A stretch of 24,000 bases of DNA from Microcystis phage MaeS: the sequence record MT362618.1; one strand, given 5' to 3'. Below the pieces are notes generated by a model. It made no database searches. It saw only the letters and a program-made list of their open reading frames with translations, and was not told the DNA's origin. Positions 1 to 8,413 of this stretch are shown here, piece after piece (the first letter of the stretch is position 1; every line of letters begins with the position of its first letter). The position numbers and the translations under genes are program-made.

Positions 1-267
1 TTTAGGTAAAGGTTTCCGATAAAACGTCCTGCCTGTGCCTTTATTGAATGTACCGTCATGTTTATTTTTGAAATAAAGAAGTACAGCCGAACCTAAGTTT
101 GTTGCTGCATAATGTAGGCCGTTAATTATTTTGAAGTATTTAGTTACTTCTGGATCAGCTACTTTCGATCCTAAGAATCGTTTCATAATTGTTCTTATTG
201 TTTTCTCATCAAGCAAATCTGCCTTAATTTTTTCATTATCACTAGCTCTTTGTACCTTGTCAGTCAT
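1..267 (-). CDS. Hypothetical protein, 3' end truncated by window edge (MTDKVQRASDNEKIKADLLDEKTIRTIMKRF...)
   Basis: Open reading frame on minus strand from ATG at 267 to the window edge without stop; read by hand. Confidence 0.6.
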   Translation of the reverse strand, partial: MTDKVQRASDNEKIKADLLDEKTIRTIMKRFLGSKVADPEVTKYFKIINGLHYAATNLGSAVLLYFKNKHDGTFNKGTGRTFYRKPLPK

Positions 268-353
268 TTTATAAAGCACTCCCTTATTTTAAGTAATTAA
301 AATGCCCTAGCCAGAGAGAAGGGTGGTTGTCTACTGGTTAAGGCATCTTAGTG

Positions 354-542
354 TTATTGTCCTAGTAATTTCGTTAAGGAAATCATAAGTTTGAGCTCAT
401 CATCCAAGTTATCTAAGTGCTTGATCGAATCTCGTTTCGCTATTGCCTTTACAACTTCTCTATTTCGCAAACTCGCTTCCATAAATATAACAATGGTTCC
501 AATTTGCTTTCGGTTTAAGCTAACAGGCAATTCTTTGTCCAT
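354..542 (-). CDS. Small hypothetical protein, 62 aa
   Basis: ORF track; tightly packed colinear with neighbours. Confidence 0.6.
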   Translation of the reverse strand: MDKELPVSLNRKQIGTIVIFMEASLRNREVVKAIAKRDSIKHLDNLDDELKLMISLTKLLGQ

Positions 543-543
543 T

Positions 544-1029
544 TTAACTTACTACCTCTAACAAAATTAGGAGTGATAACATATAGAAACCGAAACCAAA
601 AGCGCGAAAAATCATCATAGTTGCTTTTCTTGTTTTAATTTCAAGAACGTTTTTAGCTCCGTCTACAACCTTACTCATGGAACCTTCAGCGAACATATCC
701 TTGTCGTTCTTGCTTGTCGAGAACATTTTCAAAAACGCAGCAACAACCATCAAAGCTGCTGGATACCTTAAATATTCATGACCTAAGAAATTAATCAATA
801 AGATCATTTCGATTACAAACCAGAATAAGCTACCGATAGCGATAATAACACCTTGTACTAACATTGCTTTCTGGTAATCATGCATTTCAATAACCCTTCG
901 TTGCGGAGTGAGATCCAGAAAATCTTTCGCTAACTTTTTCATCTTATTGATTGTACCAGCGAATAAAGTACCTTTTATTAATCCAGCTAAGTATACCATT
1001 GTAATTAAAATTGTTAAGAATATAACCAT
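544..1029 (-). CDS. Hypothetical membrane protein, several predicted TM stretches
   Basis: Hydrophobic segments (MVIFLTILITMVYLAG, MLVQGVIIAIGSLFWFVIEMILLINFL, ALMVVAAFL, FGFYMLSLLILLEVV). Confidence 0.7.
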   Translation of the reverse strand: MVIFLTILITMVYLAGLIKGTLFAGTINKMKKLAKDFLDLTPQRRVIEMHDYQKAMLVQGVIIAIGSLFWFVIEMILLINFLGHEYLRYPAALMVVAAFLKMFSTSKNDKDMFAEGSMSKVVDGAKNVLEIKTRKATMMIFRAFGFGFYMLSLLILLEVVS

Positions 1030-1031
1030 TT

Positions 1032-1229
1032 CTATCTTCCTCCGATTCGTTTTTTAAGATTTAATATATTTTCAATGATCCCGTTCCAACGTTCTTGATT
1101 ACCTTCAGAGGTATGCTTCAGGATATCAGCTATTTTACCGATATCCTCTATTGAAGCATTTTCGATAACCTTGTGTACGTGTTGATCACCTAAGTTTTCA
1201 AAGACGTAAGCAAGGAGTTTGATCATCAC
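1032..1229 (-). CDS. Hypothetical protein, 65 aa
   Basis: ORF overlapping the next gene by 4 nt, suggesting translational coupling. Confidence 0.6.
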   Translation of the reverse strand: MMIKLLAYVFENLGDQHVHKVIENASIEDIGKIADILKHTSEGNQERWNGIIENILNLKKRIGGR

Positions 1230-1717
1230 TCATCAACCTTTCTGGTCTCATTATCGTGACACTTTTTACACAACCAAACTACCTCTAAAGGTTCATGGTA
1301 ATTTTCGTGATGAGCTTCAACTTTAGTTTCACCACATTTTTCACAAGGTTCTTTTACAAGATCCCCTCTTCTCAAAGCGTTCCTAACCTCTTGTCTAGCT
1401 CTAACTTTTTCTGGATATTTCTCGTTATACCTTTTGGCCTTATTTCGACGTATTTCCCGCCCTTTTTCAGTCTTTTGGTATTTCGTAGATTTCTTTATCA
1501 ATTCTTCTTTGTTTTGTTCATAATGCCTTTTGCTAACTTCTCGTTTGTATCCTCTGTTGTTAGCGGCTGATTTCCTCCAACTGGATCTCAAACCTTCTTT
1601 TCTGCATCCTTCGGAGCAATATTTAGCTCCGTTGCTTTTTGAAGTGAATGATTCTCCACAAGGGCAAATTTTACTTATTGACACGAGATACTTCTCCTTC
1701 TTCGATAACAATGCCAA
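1226..1717 (-). CDS. HNH endonuclease-like protein with N-terminal zinc-finger-like motif
   Basis: CPCGESF...YCSEGCR and CEKCGETKVEAHHENYHEPLEVVWLCKKCHDNE, an HNH motif with paired Cys. Confidence 0.85.
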   Translation of the reverse strand: MALLSKKEKYLVSISKICPCGESFTSKSNGAKYCSEGCRKEGLRSSWRKSAANNRGYKREVSKRHYEQNKEELIKKSTKYQKTEKGREIRRNKAKRYNEKYPEKVRARQEVRNALRRGDLVKEPCEKCGETKVEAHHENYHEPLEVVWLCKKCHDNETRKVDE

Positions 1718-2981
1718 CTTTTCCAGAATCGTCTACAACTTCAACAAAAACTTGGTAGTCTCGATTTTCAGCCATTTCTTTGATGATTGACATGTTGGTG
1801 TTATCCAATAAACTTCCGTCCATGATTCTAATAACTCTCAAAGAAGGGTTCATTTCCATCGCCATAGCCATCGATACCTTTAACCTTTCAGCAGCCGAAC
1901 ACTGTTTGAATGGTACGCCGTTGTAAAGAACTCCAGAGTCATTGAACGATAAACCATCAATAGGGAATTTGGCATTCTTGATCAACTCTTGTTTTTGGGC
2001 CTCAAGAGCTTCTAATGCGGCTGTTAATTGATTCGATTCAGAAAGAGCTTTATCATGAGCAACTTTTCTTTCGAATTTCACTTTATTATCACGAATTTTG
2101 GCATTAGTATCTTCAACCGTTTGAAGTTGGTTGCGAATTTCATTTAAGTCCGGATCGATCAACATATTAACTTGTTGAGTCAGCGCATTTCCTCGTTGAG
2201 AAGCTTCTTGCATTTGTTGAGCGATTCTTTCTTGATGTTCTCTGGCATTTTTTAATTGCTCCTCAAGTTGAGCGATCGTGTTTTCTGCTGCTTGAAAGTT
2301 ACTTTTTAATGAATTGTAATGACTAATGGCTGACCTTAAATCCATTCTTTTACTTTCGTTATAATCGATAGCCTCTTGAGCTTCACTTAATTCTTGAAGC
2401 ACATCGGACATTTGGATCTCTTCTTCAGGAACCCCTTCGTGATAAGGGAACGCCTCATATTGAGCTTTCAATTCCTTAACACGACGATTAACGCTTGTAC
2501 GCTCATCAAATACTCGTTTCTTTTGGGCCTCAAGTTCCATAGGATCAACCGGAAGTTCAACCAGATTCATTAATGTTTCAAGCTGCTTCTTCTCATCAAG
2601 ATTAGAGAACGCCAGAGGATCAAATGACAACCTTCCAATAAGCTCATCAAGCATCTTTTGAGGACTAGAGAACTTAGCACCTTCTTTAGAAACAACCGAT
2701 AAAGTGCTTTTGTCATTCGAAGTCCACTTGCGAGTTACTATGTAATCTCCAAGATCCAGTTGAGCCATAGCACTATCAGCACCTTCTCTTACTGGTTGAA
2801 TAACTCCCTTAGAAGCAGCACCGCCTCCTAAAGCTAACCAAATTGCATCTAGTACCGATGATTTACCTTGTCCGTTTCTACCAGCAATAACTTGAAAGTG
2901 CTCATCCGGTACGATTTCAACAGCCTTTAAACCCTTAACATTTTCCGCTACCAACTTTACAATCCTTAAACCCTTTTCCAT
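1671..2981 (-). CDS. SbcC/Rad50/RecF-like AAA ATPase with central coiled coil
   Basis: Walker A GRNGQGKSS, coiled-coil middle, CSAAERLKVSMA signature-like region, VIRIMDGSLLD Walker-B-like segment. Confidence 0.85.
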   Translation of the reverse strand: MEKGLRIVKLVAENVKGLKAVEIVPDEHFQVIAGRNGQGKSSVLDAIWLALGGGAASKGVIQPVREGADSAMAQLDLGDYIVTRKWTSNDKSTLSVVSKEGAKFSSPQKMLDELIGRLSFDPLAFSNLDEKKQLETLMNLVELPVDPMELEAQKKRVFDERTSVNRRVKELKAQYEAFPYHEGVPEEEIQMSDVLQELSEAQEAIDYNESKRMDLRSAISHYNSLKSNFQAAENTIAQLEEQLKNAREHQERIAQQMQEASQRGNALTQQVNMLIDPDLNEIRNQLQTVEDTNAKIRDNKVKFERKVAHDKALSESNQLTAALEALEAQKQELIKNAKFPIDGLSFNDSGVLYNGVPFKQCSAAERLKVSMAMAMEMNPSLRVIRIMDGSLLDNTNMSIIKEMAENRDYQVFVEVVDDSGKVGIVIEEGEVSRVNK

Positions 2982-3014
2982 TCCTTGTTACCTCCCTATT
3001 GGTTATGTACTCAT

Positions 3015-3054
3015 CTTATAACTCTTTGTTATAACCTTCCAGTTACCCTTTCGC
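3015..3054 (-). promoter_or_regulatory. Bipartite motif GCGAAAGG-N11-GTTATAAC-N5-GTTATAAG (N24 to the second box)
   Basis: Plus-strand CTTATAAC 3015-3022, GTTATAAC 3028-3035, CCTTTCGC 3047-3054; immediately upstream of the AAA ATPase gene. Confidence 0.7.
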
Positions 3055-3075
3055 GTTATAAAAAAAAGAGCGCAA

Positions 3076-3438
3076 TTAACGCCCCTTCTTGTTCTTTTCC
3101 AACTTCTTTGCAGCCTTGATAATCCGGCGGCGTTCGGCACGATTGTAATTATGAGTTGCTGGATCATGATCATAACCAGTGAGTTTATTCAAAAGCTCAT
3201 AATGAATAGCTTCTTTTGTTTCTTGGCCTTTAGCATCCATAAACTTAATTTTTTCCATCACTTCAACACTCTCCGTTTCTCTTATTTGGTGTATTAAGTT
3301 AGATTTAATTTTTTCGAACTCTTCATCATCTTTAGAGTGAATACTGAAGATAACACTTTTACCTCTTGTAACTTCTTCAGGTGTATCGTCAAGGATGATC
3401 TTTGAACCGTTAGAAAAATTAACTTCACTTTTCATCAC
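3076..3438 (-). CDS. Hypothetical protein, 120 aa, basic C-terminus
   Basis: ORF track; overlaps upstream gene by 4 nt. Confidence 0.65.
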   Translation of the reverse strand: MMKSEVNFSNGSKIILDDTPEEVTRGKSVIFSIHSKDDEEFEKIKSNLIHQIRETESVEVMEKIKFMDAKGQETKEAIHYELLNKLTGYDHDPATHNYNRAERRRIIKAAKKLEKNKKGR

Positions 3439-3656
3439 TTCACCTCATAACTTGTATGCGTAGTTGTTTCTGTTTCGATTGTAATGAGATCCTTACCTAA
3501 CTCTTTTGCCTTCCTCTTTAGTTCTTCCAAATCCAACTCGAAGTTTACCCATTGAGTAACTTTAACCTCAAGTTCCGCACCCTTCTCTAACACTTCTCCA
3601 GAATTAGATAAAATTGCTCGATACCTTGTGTAACTAAGGTTGTTTATTGGTTCCAC
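3435..3656 (-). CDS. Hypothetical protein, 73 aa
   Basis: ORF track; colinear. Confidence 0.6.
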   Translation of the reverse strand: MEPINNLSYTRYRAILSNSGEVLEKGAELEVKVTQWVNFELDLEELKRKAKELGKDLITIETETTTHTSYEVK

Positions 3657-3692
3657 CTTAATCCCTCCTCAAAAAATAAAAGGCCCCTTTCG

Positions 3693-3839
3693 TTAGAAAA
3701 GAGCCTGAAATGCCATGACTATAAGGGCGATGCACATGTAAAGGAATAAAGTGATTAGTATCGATTGAACCAATATCCCTGTCCTCCACCAGACATTACC
3801 TATAAAATCTAACCACTCAAGCCTTCTAAATTTTCTCAA
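3693..3839 (-). CDS. Small single-TM membrane protein (MRKFRRLEWLDFIGNVWWRTGILVQSILITLFLYMCIALIVMAFQALF)
   Basis: TTG start at 3839 chosen over the tracked ATG at 3878 because it follows a strong AAAGGAGG ribosome-binding site. Confidence 0.6.
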   Translation of the reverse strand: MRKFRRLEWLDFIGNVWWRTGILVQSILITLFLYMCIALIVMAFQALF

Positions 3840-3902
3840 CTTAAACGCCTCCTTTTTATCAGAATACGCAAGAGGCAAGAAATTATGTTCAACTCCCTTC
3901 TT

Positions 3903-3955
3903 CTTATAACTAAATGTTATAACTATATAGTCCTAACTTCTAGTTAACCTTTCGC
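3903..3955 (-). promoter_or_regulatory. Bipartite motif GCGAAAGG-N24-GTTATAAC-N5-GTTATAAG
   Basis: Plus-strand CTTATAAC 3903-3910, GTTATAAC 3916-3923, CCTTTCGC 3948-3955; spacing counted by hand. Confidence 0.75.
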
Positions 3956-3966
3956 GCATAAAAAAA

Positions 3967-3984
3967 CCCTCAAGTCATTGAGGG
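3967..3984 (-). terminator. Rho-independent terminator, directly before the 3948-3955 box
   Basis: Perfect stem CCCTCAA-GTCA-TTGAGGG followed on the minus strand by a T run. Confidence 0.8.
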
Positions 3985-4253
3985 CAACTTTTATAGATAT
4001 ATGCAATTTGATGAGTAATTTTAACATGATTAGCCACAAACTCTAACGGCTGTTTAACTCGCTTTACGTGACCTTGTTCAACGAAAAGACCATCCATCAG
4101 TTCGTAAATTTGAGTGTATCCTAACTTCATGTTTTCGATAATCTCATCCATCTTAATAATAAGAGCTTGATCATCGACGCGAGCGCGCTCCATTTCTTCT
4201 AGCTGATCAATCAGTTCCTTTTTATTTAACTTTTCTAGGTGTTTTCGCTCCAT
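3975..4253 (-). CDS. Hypothetical coiled-coil protein (MERKHLEKLNKKELIDQLEEMERARV...)
   Basis: ATG at 4253 preceded by AAAAGGAG; the tracked start at 4343 lies within the neighbouring gene. Confidence 0.65.
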   Translation of the reverse strand: MERKHLEKLNKKELIDQLEEMERARVDDQALIIKMDEIIENMKLGYTQIYELMDGLFVEQGHVKRVKQPLEFVANHVKITHQIAYIYKSCPQ

Positions 4254-4929
4254 GTTTGCGCTCCTTTTCGTTTTCTTGCTTGTTTTTGTAATCACAAAAC
4301 TTTTGAGCGATTTCTTTATCCTTAAACAGAGTCCTATAAGCATAACCGATCTCTTTGAATTGATCTTCAGAAACGACTAATTCACTACCAGAAATGCTAT
4401 CGTCGTAGTGATACAAATACTCATCATGACGGCCTTCGTCTCTGATTTTATACCAAGCATGACCTTTCCCGTCTCTGATGCTAAAGGTATTCATTATAGC
4501 TGCAACAGGTTGAAATTCACTAACGCTCACATCGCAATCACACGATTCATAAGCATCTTTACCTGAAGGAGTCTTATAATAAAGGCGGCGATTTTCATCA
4601 CACTTATCACATTTAGGGCATTTACGACTTTTTGAAGCAACAGAGTAAAGTTCGACTTGCATATCTTTCATCAATTGACTCAAACGTTCGCGGCGTACAT
4701 TACTCTTGAGTGTTTGGTACTCCATTTCTAACTCGCGTTTTTTGTTATTGAAATCACGTTTTAAAGCTTCGAAGTTCTTCTTAATCTCCTGAAGCTCTTG
4801 GTTTTCTTTCTTTATTGCAACCATTTCTGCAATATATTCTTCTTTAACTGAATTAAGTAAAGCATCTTTCATTTGTGCGAACATTATTTCGAATTCACTT
4901 GGTTCATAAAAATCTTCTTCGTAACACAC
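4222..4929 (-). CDS. Hypothetical coiled-coil protein with cysteine-rich segment
   Basis: Heptad-rich N-terminal half, CPKCDKCDENRR...CDCD in the C-terminal half. Confidence 0.7.
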   Translation of the reverse strand: MCYEEDFYEPSEFEIMFAQMKDALLNSVKEEYIAEMVAIKKENQELQEIKKNFEALKRDFNNKKRELEMEYQTLKSNVRRERLSQLMKDMQVELYSVASKSRKCPKCDKCDENRRLYYKTPSGKDAYESCDCDVSVSEFQPVAAIMNTFSIRDGKGHAWYKIRDEGRHDEYLYHYDDSISGSELVVSEDQFKEIGYAYRTLFKDKEIAQKFCDYKNKQENEKERKHGAKTPRKVK

Positions 4930-5005
4930 TTCAATTCCCCCTTATCTCTGGCAAAGGCTGGCCCTAACCAGATGAATAGTTTTGTTTAAGTTGCTGTAAC
5001 ACTAG

Positions 5006-5045
5006 CTTATAACTTACCTTTATTACCTTCAAACCATTCTTTCGC
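5006..5045 (-). promoter_or_regulatory. Bipartite motif GCGAAAGA-N24-GTTATAAG (degenerate GTAATAAA 13 nt before)
   Basis: Plus-strand CTTATAAC 5006-5013, TTTATTAC 5019-5026, TCTTTCGC 5038-5045. Confidence 0.65.
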
Positions 5046-5115
5046 GCTTTTTGGTTAGAAAGTTAATAAAAATAACAGAAATTCACAGTTTTTACCACTT
5101 TTTCTAACAAAAAAA

Positions 5116-5134
5116 CCTCCCGTTTAACGAGAGG
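5116..5134 (-). terminator. Terminator of the methyltransferase gene
   Basis: Minus strand CCTCTCGTT...AACGGGAGG followed by TTTTTTTG; one GT wobble. Confidence 0.7.
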
Positions 5135-6029
5135 AAAAGTCTAATCCTTTGAAGATATGCGCAATAACATCAACAGTCCAACCATTTCCAATAGCAGAAT
5201 ACCTAGCTGAATCTGAAATACCTTCAGTATAGTTATCGTCAAGGGTTTGAAGGCGCTCATACTCAATTGGTATAAGCCTTCTACATCTTCCGTCTTGATA
5301 GATTTTCTTAGTTCTATGGCCCCCGTCACCGTCAGCAAGCAGGGTATTACACTTGCTATTCAAGTTATATACCTCTTTCATCTGTCTATGCCAACCCTTG
5401 CCTTCCATTGTACATTGAACCTTTTTATCGTCACCGTTATAAGTGTACGGTCTATCGTTATACCAGTATTTATCAGGAACTAAATGAGAAGGCACTACAA
5501 TATCTTTCAACAATACCCCTTTATCTTCAGGTAGTCCATCAAACGGTATGTTTGTCCAATATAAACGTTTCCTTAAAGCAGCTGAAACTAATTCAGAGTT
5601 TATCATTATCGGTTCTACACCTAAGAGCTCCGTTATAATATCCTCCCACTGTTTATCCATTGGAACATTTTCTAATAAGAAATACTTTGGTTTTGTGTAC
5701 TTCCAAATGCGTTCATATTGATAAAATAAATTACTCTTTTGCCCTTCTAACCCTTCTACTCCAGTAGTACCTAGCTTATATGCACTAAGATCCTGGCATG
5801 GACTCCCACCGATGAATAAATCAATTTGAGGTAATCTATCCAAATCACTATCCAAAATCTTTGTTACATCACCCATTTGTATAGTCTGTGGATGATTCTT
5901 TTGAGTTACTTTAATCGCTTGTTTATTGATCTCACTTGCAAAGTAATTATCAACTTCTATCCCTGCTCTTTGCAAGGCTACCCTACCGCACGAAATACCA
6001 TCAAATAAGCTTACTGTATTGATACCCAA
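5124..6029 (-). CDS. DNA (cytosine-5-)-methyltransferase, apparently orphan
   Basis: VSLFDGISCGRVAL (motif I), GGSPCQDLS (motif IV PCQ), FLLENV (motif VI), YSAIGNGWTVDVI (motif X). Confidence 0.95.
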   Translation of the reverse strand: MGINTVSLFDGISCGRVALQRAGIEVDNYFASEINKQAIKVTQKNHPQTIQMGDVTKILDSDLDRLPQIDLFIGGSPCQDLSAYKLGTTGVEGLEGQKSNLFYQYERIWKYTKPKYFLLENVPMDKQWEDIITELLGVEPIMINSELVSAALRKRLYWTNIPFDGLPEDKGVLLKDIVVPSHLVPDKYWYNDRPYTYNGDDKKVQCTMEGKGWHRQMKEVYNLNSKCNTLLADGDGGHRTKKIYQDGRCRRLIPIEYERLQTLDDNYTEGISDSARYSAIGNGWTVDVIAHIFKGLDFSSR

Positions 6030-6051
6030 ATTATTCCACCCCTTGGAATTT

Positions 6052-6104
6052 GTTATAACCGAATATTATAACTACCAAGGAAGAACTTCTATATAACCTT
6101 TCGC
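6052..6104 (-). promoter_or_regulatory. Bipartite motif GCGAAAGG-N24-GTTATAAT-N5-GTTATAAC
   Basis: Plus-strand GTTATAAC 6052-6059, ATTATAAC 6065-6072, CCTTTCGC 6097-6104; directly upstream of the methyltransferase gene. Confidence 0.8.
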
Positions 6105-6112
6105 AATAAAAA

Positions 6113-6131
6113 AGCTCCCACGATAGGAGCT
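6113..6131 (-). terminator. Terminator of the PAPS-reductase-like gene
   Basis: AGCTCC...GGAGCT stem followed on the minus strand by TTTTTT. Confidence 0.8.
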
Positions 6132-6136
6132 CTAAC

Positions 6137-7099
6137 TTACTTTCTATCTTCTAAATCATCTTTTTCTGTACGTTTTGCTAATGACTCAAGGTAATTTTCA
6201 TCTTCATCATCAACCATACAACCGCAACCACCGATATCAGTCATATCAATATCACAGGAACCGCCTTGTAATTCTTCACGAAGTTGTTTCAAAGTTAGCT
6301 GGTACTTAATTTTATTCTTTTGTTTAGTTAATATAGAATAATCCTTCTCAAGAAATTGTCTCATTTCTTCTTCTTTTTCTTCATGATACTTAAATAACTC
6401 TGGTTTCTGCTTTAATAAATTCGCGAAGTGCCCTTGTCCAGCACGAACACAAAAACCACCACAATTGTTATGAGAAAAACCTAATTTGTATAATTCTGGA
6501 AGTTTTATACCGATTGCTGCAAGCTCTGATTCAAGCTCTAATTTATAAACCAAAGGCTCCTCACACATAGGGAATTCTACTTTATAAGGACTCCAGTTTC
6601 TTGTAGGAGCTGCTTTACGATGTTCTTCAGTCCAATCGATACCTAGATACAACACAACATCTTCTGGATTAGGGAAATGAACCTTCAGAAACTTAGCTGA
6701 CATATCTTGCTTTAATATATGTGAACATTGAGCTCTACGAGAGTTCCCTATCCAACGCTTATCTTTAAAGACTTGCCAAGGATCACGCCCGTCAGCTATC
6801 CACGCTAATTGAGGGAACTTTTTGTTTGTTTCTTCAGCTAATCGAATCAAATACTCCCTACGCGCCTCCATCGTTTCGTGTGATACTGGAGGAATTCCAT
6901 TAGTCTTAATGATAAGATCTTTAACTTCTTGTCCGAAGATTTCTGCAACAGATTCAATCAAGAAACGATATAAATCCTTATCCTCGATCAATGTATCTGT
7001 AAACATAAGAATTACATTATCTTTTCCGTAACGATTAACAACTCTTTTAGCTGTCGCCCAAGAACCAAGGCCGCCAGAATAAAAAACAATATGTTTCAA
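6137..7099 (-). CDS. Phosphoadenosine phosphosulfate reductase-like / adenine nucleotide alpha-hydrolase (PP-loop) superfamily protein
   Basis: N-terminal VFYSGGLGSWATAKRVV PP-loop, conserved Cys pairs, NNCGGFCVRAGQGHF, GGCGCM. Confidence 0.85.
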   Translation of the reverse strand: MKHIVFYSGGLGSWATAKRVVNRYGKDNVILMFTDTLIEDKDLYRFLIESVAEIFGQEVKDLIIKTNGIPPVSHETMEARREYLIRLAEETNKKFPQLAWIADGRDPWQVFKDKRWIGNSRRAQCSHILKQDMSAKFLKVHFPNPEDVVLYLGIDWTEEHRKAAPTRNWSPYKVEFPMCEEPLVYKLELESELAAIGIKLPELYKLGFSHNNCGGFCVRAGQGHFANLLKQKPELFKYHEEKEEEMRQFLEKDYSILTKQKNKIKYQLTLKQLREELQGGSCDIDMTDIGGCGCMVDDEDENYLESLAKRTEKDDLEDRK

Positions 7100-7106
7100 A
7101 GGTTTG

Positions 7107-7277
7107 TCACTCCAATCTGATATTATAACCAGATGTTATAACTAAACCCCTTGCACTTCTATATAACCTTTCGCAATTGTAGCATTCCCAATCTCCACCA
7201 TTACCTAACGAACCTATAACTGATTCAGTTACTCTTTTACCGCATCTTGGACAGTAGTTGATTAATAAGTCTTTCAT
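7107..7277 (-). CDS. Small zinc-ribbon protein (CPRCGKR...CYNCERLYR)
   Basis: Two CxxC motifs; ATG at 7277 follows AAAGGAGC. Confidence 0.65.
   Translation of the reverse strand: MKDLLINYCPRCGKRVTESVIGSLGNGGDWECYNCERLYRSARGLVITSGYNIRLE
7122..7174 (-). promoter_or_regulatory. Bipartite motif GCGAAAGG-N24-GTTATAAC-N5-GTTATAAT
   Basis: Plus-strand ATTATAAC 7122-7129, GTTATAAC 7135-7142, CCTTTCGC 7167-7174; ahead of the PAPS-reductase-like gene and inside the 3' part of the upstream ORF. Confidence 0.75.
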
Positions 7278-7290
7278 TGATCCAGCTCCT

Positions 7291-7416
7291 TTATTCATAT
7301 TCTTCATCTTCACCTATACCGAAATACTTTACATAGTCATTCCAATTATCTAAGTCTAAACCTTGTTGCTTGGCTTCTGCATACTCTTCATCAGAATATG
7401 GTTTTACAGGATTCAT
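7291..7416 (-). CDS. 41-aa acidic protein (MNPVKPYSDEEYAEAKQQGLDLDNWNDYVKYFGIGEDEEYE), absent from the ORF track
   Basis: ATG after GGAGGTTATT; hand translation. Confidence 0.55.
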   Translation of the reverse strand: MNPVKPYSDEEYAEAKQQGLDLDNWNDYVKYFGIGEDEEYE

Positions 7417-7442
7417 AATAACCTCCATCCTCGTACCGTTCA

Positions 7443-7709
7443 CTAACTAATTTCTTTAAGAACGTTCTCAAAATCTTCAACAGTACCTCTTTCTACTTCA
7501 AAATGTCCTGCTCTATCCATTGCAGAAATATGTTTCGTGAAAATGCGGATAGTCCATCCTTCATCCATTACTTGAAGTGTTACATCACCTTTTTTGTAGG
7601 TGTCCACTGTCCACATACCTCCAACCGTTTTATAATTTCGTGGTACATAATGAATAGTTTGTCTAACGATGTTATTTATTTGATTGAAAATCGCTTGTAT
7701 CTTATCCAT
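7443..7709 (-). CDS. Hypothetical protein, 88 aa
   Basis: ORF track; colinear, good RBS (GAGGAGG upstream). Confidence 0.65.
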   Translation of the reverse strand: MDKIQAIFNQINNIVRQTIHYVPRNYKTVGGMWTVDTYKKGDVTLQVMDEGWTIRIFTKHISAMDRAGHFEVERGTVEDFENVLKEIS

Positions 7710-7736
7710 CTGTATTCCTCCTCATCGAAATGTGCA

Positions 7737-8015
7737 TTAAATTAAAATTTCATTTCGAAACAATCCGAAACCTGTATCTGTTAAACCTTCAAATCTATAA
7801 AGATAAACACCGTAGCCAAATTGATTATTTGTCTTAATAGCATCAACGATTTTAAGCCTTCTACCTGTGCTAATTTCTGTTACCTCTGTTCCGTTTGGTA
7901 TTCTTTCTTCCAACTTCTTTAACGCTTCATCGTTACGGTCACAAGCCTTGTTTGCTAATTTTTTGATTGTATTTTTTCTATCCACTTTCATTCCTCGTTT
8001 CGTACCGCATATCAT
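7737..8015 (-). CDS. Hypothetical protein; real start may be GTG at 7985
   Basis: ORF track; an RBS-like GAGG sits 7 nt before GTG at 7985. Confidence 0.55.
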   Translation of the reverse strand: MICGTKRGMKVDRKNTIKKLANKACDRNDEALKKLEERIPNGTEVTEISTGRRLKIVDAIKTNNQFGYGVYLYRFEGLTDTGFGLFRNEILI

Positions 8016-8113
8016 TTTTTACTAATAGTTCTTCCGCATTTTGTACACTTGAAATAACTTAGATATTCTTCAAAATCACATTTACCAAATGCTTCACATT
8101 GAATTTTCTTCAT
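8012..8113 (-). CDS. 33-aa zinc-finger-like micro-protein (MKKIQCEAFGKCDFEEYLSYFKCTKCGRTISKK)
   Basis: Hand translation; CxxC motif; overlaps the next ORF by an ATGA junction. Confidence 0.5.
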   Translation of the reverse strand: MKKIQCEAFGKCDFEEYLSYFKCTKCGRTISKK

Positions 8114-8207
8114 AAAAACCCCGTTTCGTACTATTTATTAGCGTTGGTATTTATAACCCTTGCTATGAAGGTAGCACCATAGACCGAAAATGTTATTACC
8201 ACTTAAC

Positions 8208-8381
8208 TTAATTACTTGACCGTTTCTTCCGACTAACTTGTACTCTTTTTCCATTCTTCAATTCCTCCTCTGTTTGTTCGCCAATTTTTACCCACTTTTC
8301 ATCACACTTAGGACATAGCCAATTTACATTTGGGAATTGCTTTGATACATATTCGTTATCACCACATTCAAGGCAACCCAT
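8208..8381 (-). CDS. 57-aa zinc-ribbon protein (MGCLECGDNEYVSKQFPNVNWLCPKCDEKWVKIGEQTEEELKNGKRVQVSRKKRSSN)
   Basis: Hand translation; CxxC...CxxC; strong RBS AGGGAGG. Confidence 0.65.
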   Translation of the reverse strand: MGCLECGDNEYVSKQFPNVNWLCPKCDEKWVKIGEQTEEELKNGKRVQVSRKKRSSN

Positions 8382-8413
8382 TTTCAAACCTCCCTTTTCG
8401 TACTGTACATCAA

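Noticed and set aside
1295-1790. Plus-strand ORFs 1295-1570 and 1530-1790
   Set aside because: Antisense to well-supported HNH and ATPase genes; low-complexity Phe/Ser-rich translations and no convincing RBS.
5141-5638. ORFs 5141-5338 (-), 5247-5483 (+), 5408-5638 (+)
   Set aside because: Embedded in the cytosine methyltransferase gene in other frames; likely spurious.
6822-7031. Plus-strand ORF 6822-7031
   Set aside because: Antisense to the N-terminal region of the PAPS-reductase-like gene.
7503-7745. Plus-strand ORF 7503-7745
   Set aside because: Antisense to the 7443-7709 gene; no RBS.
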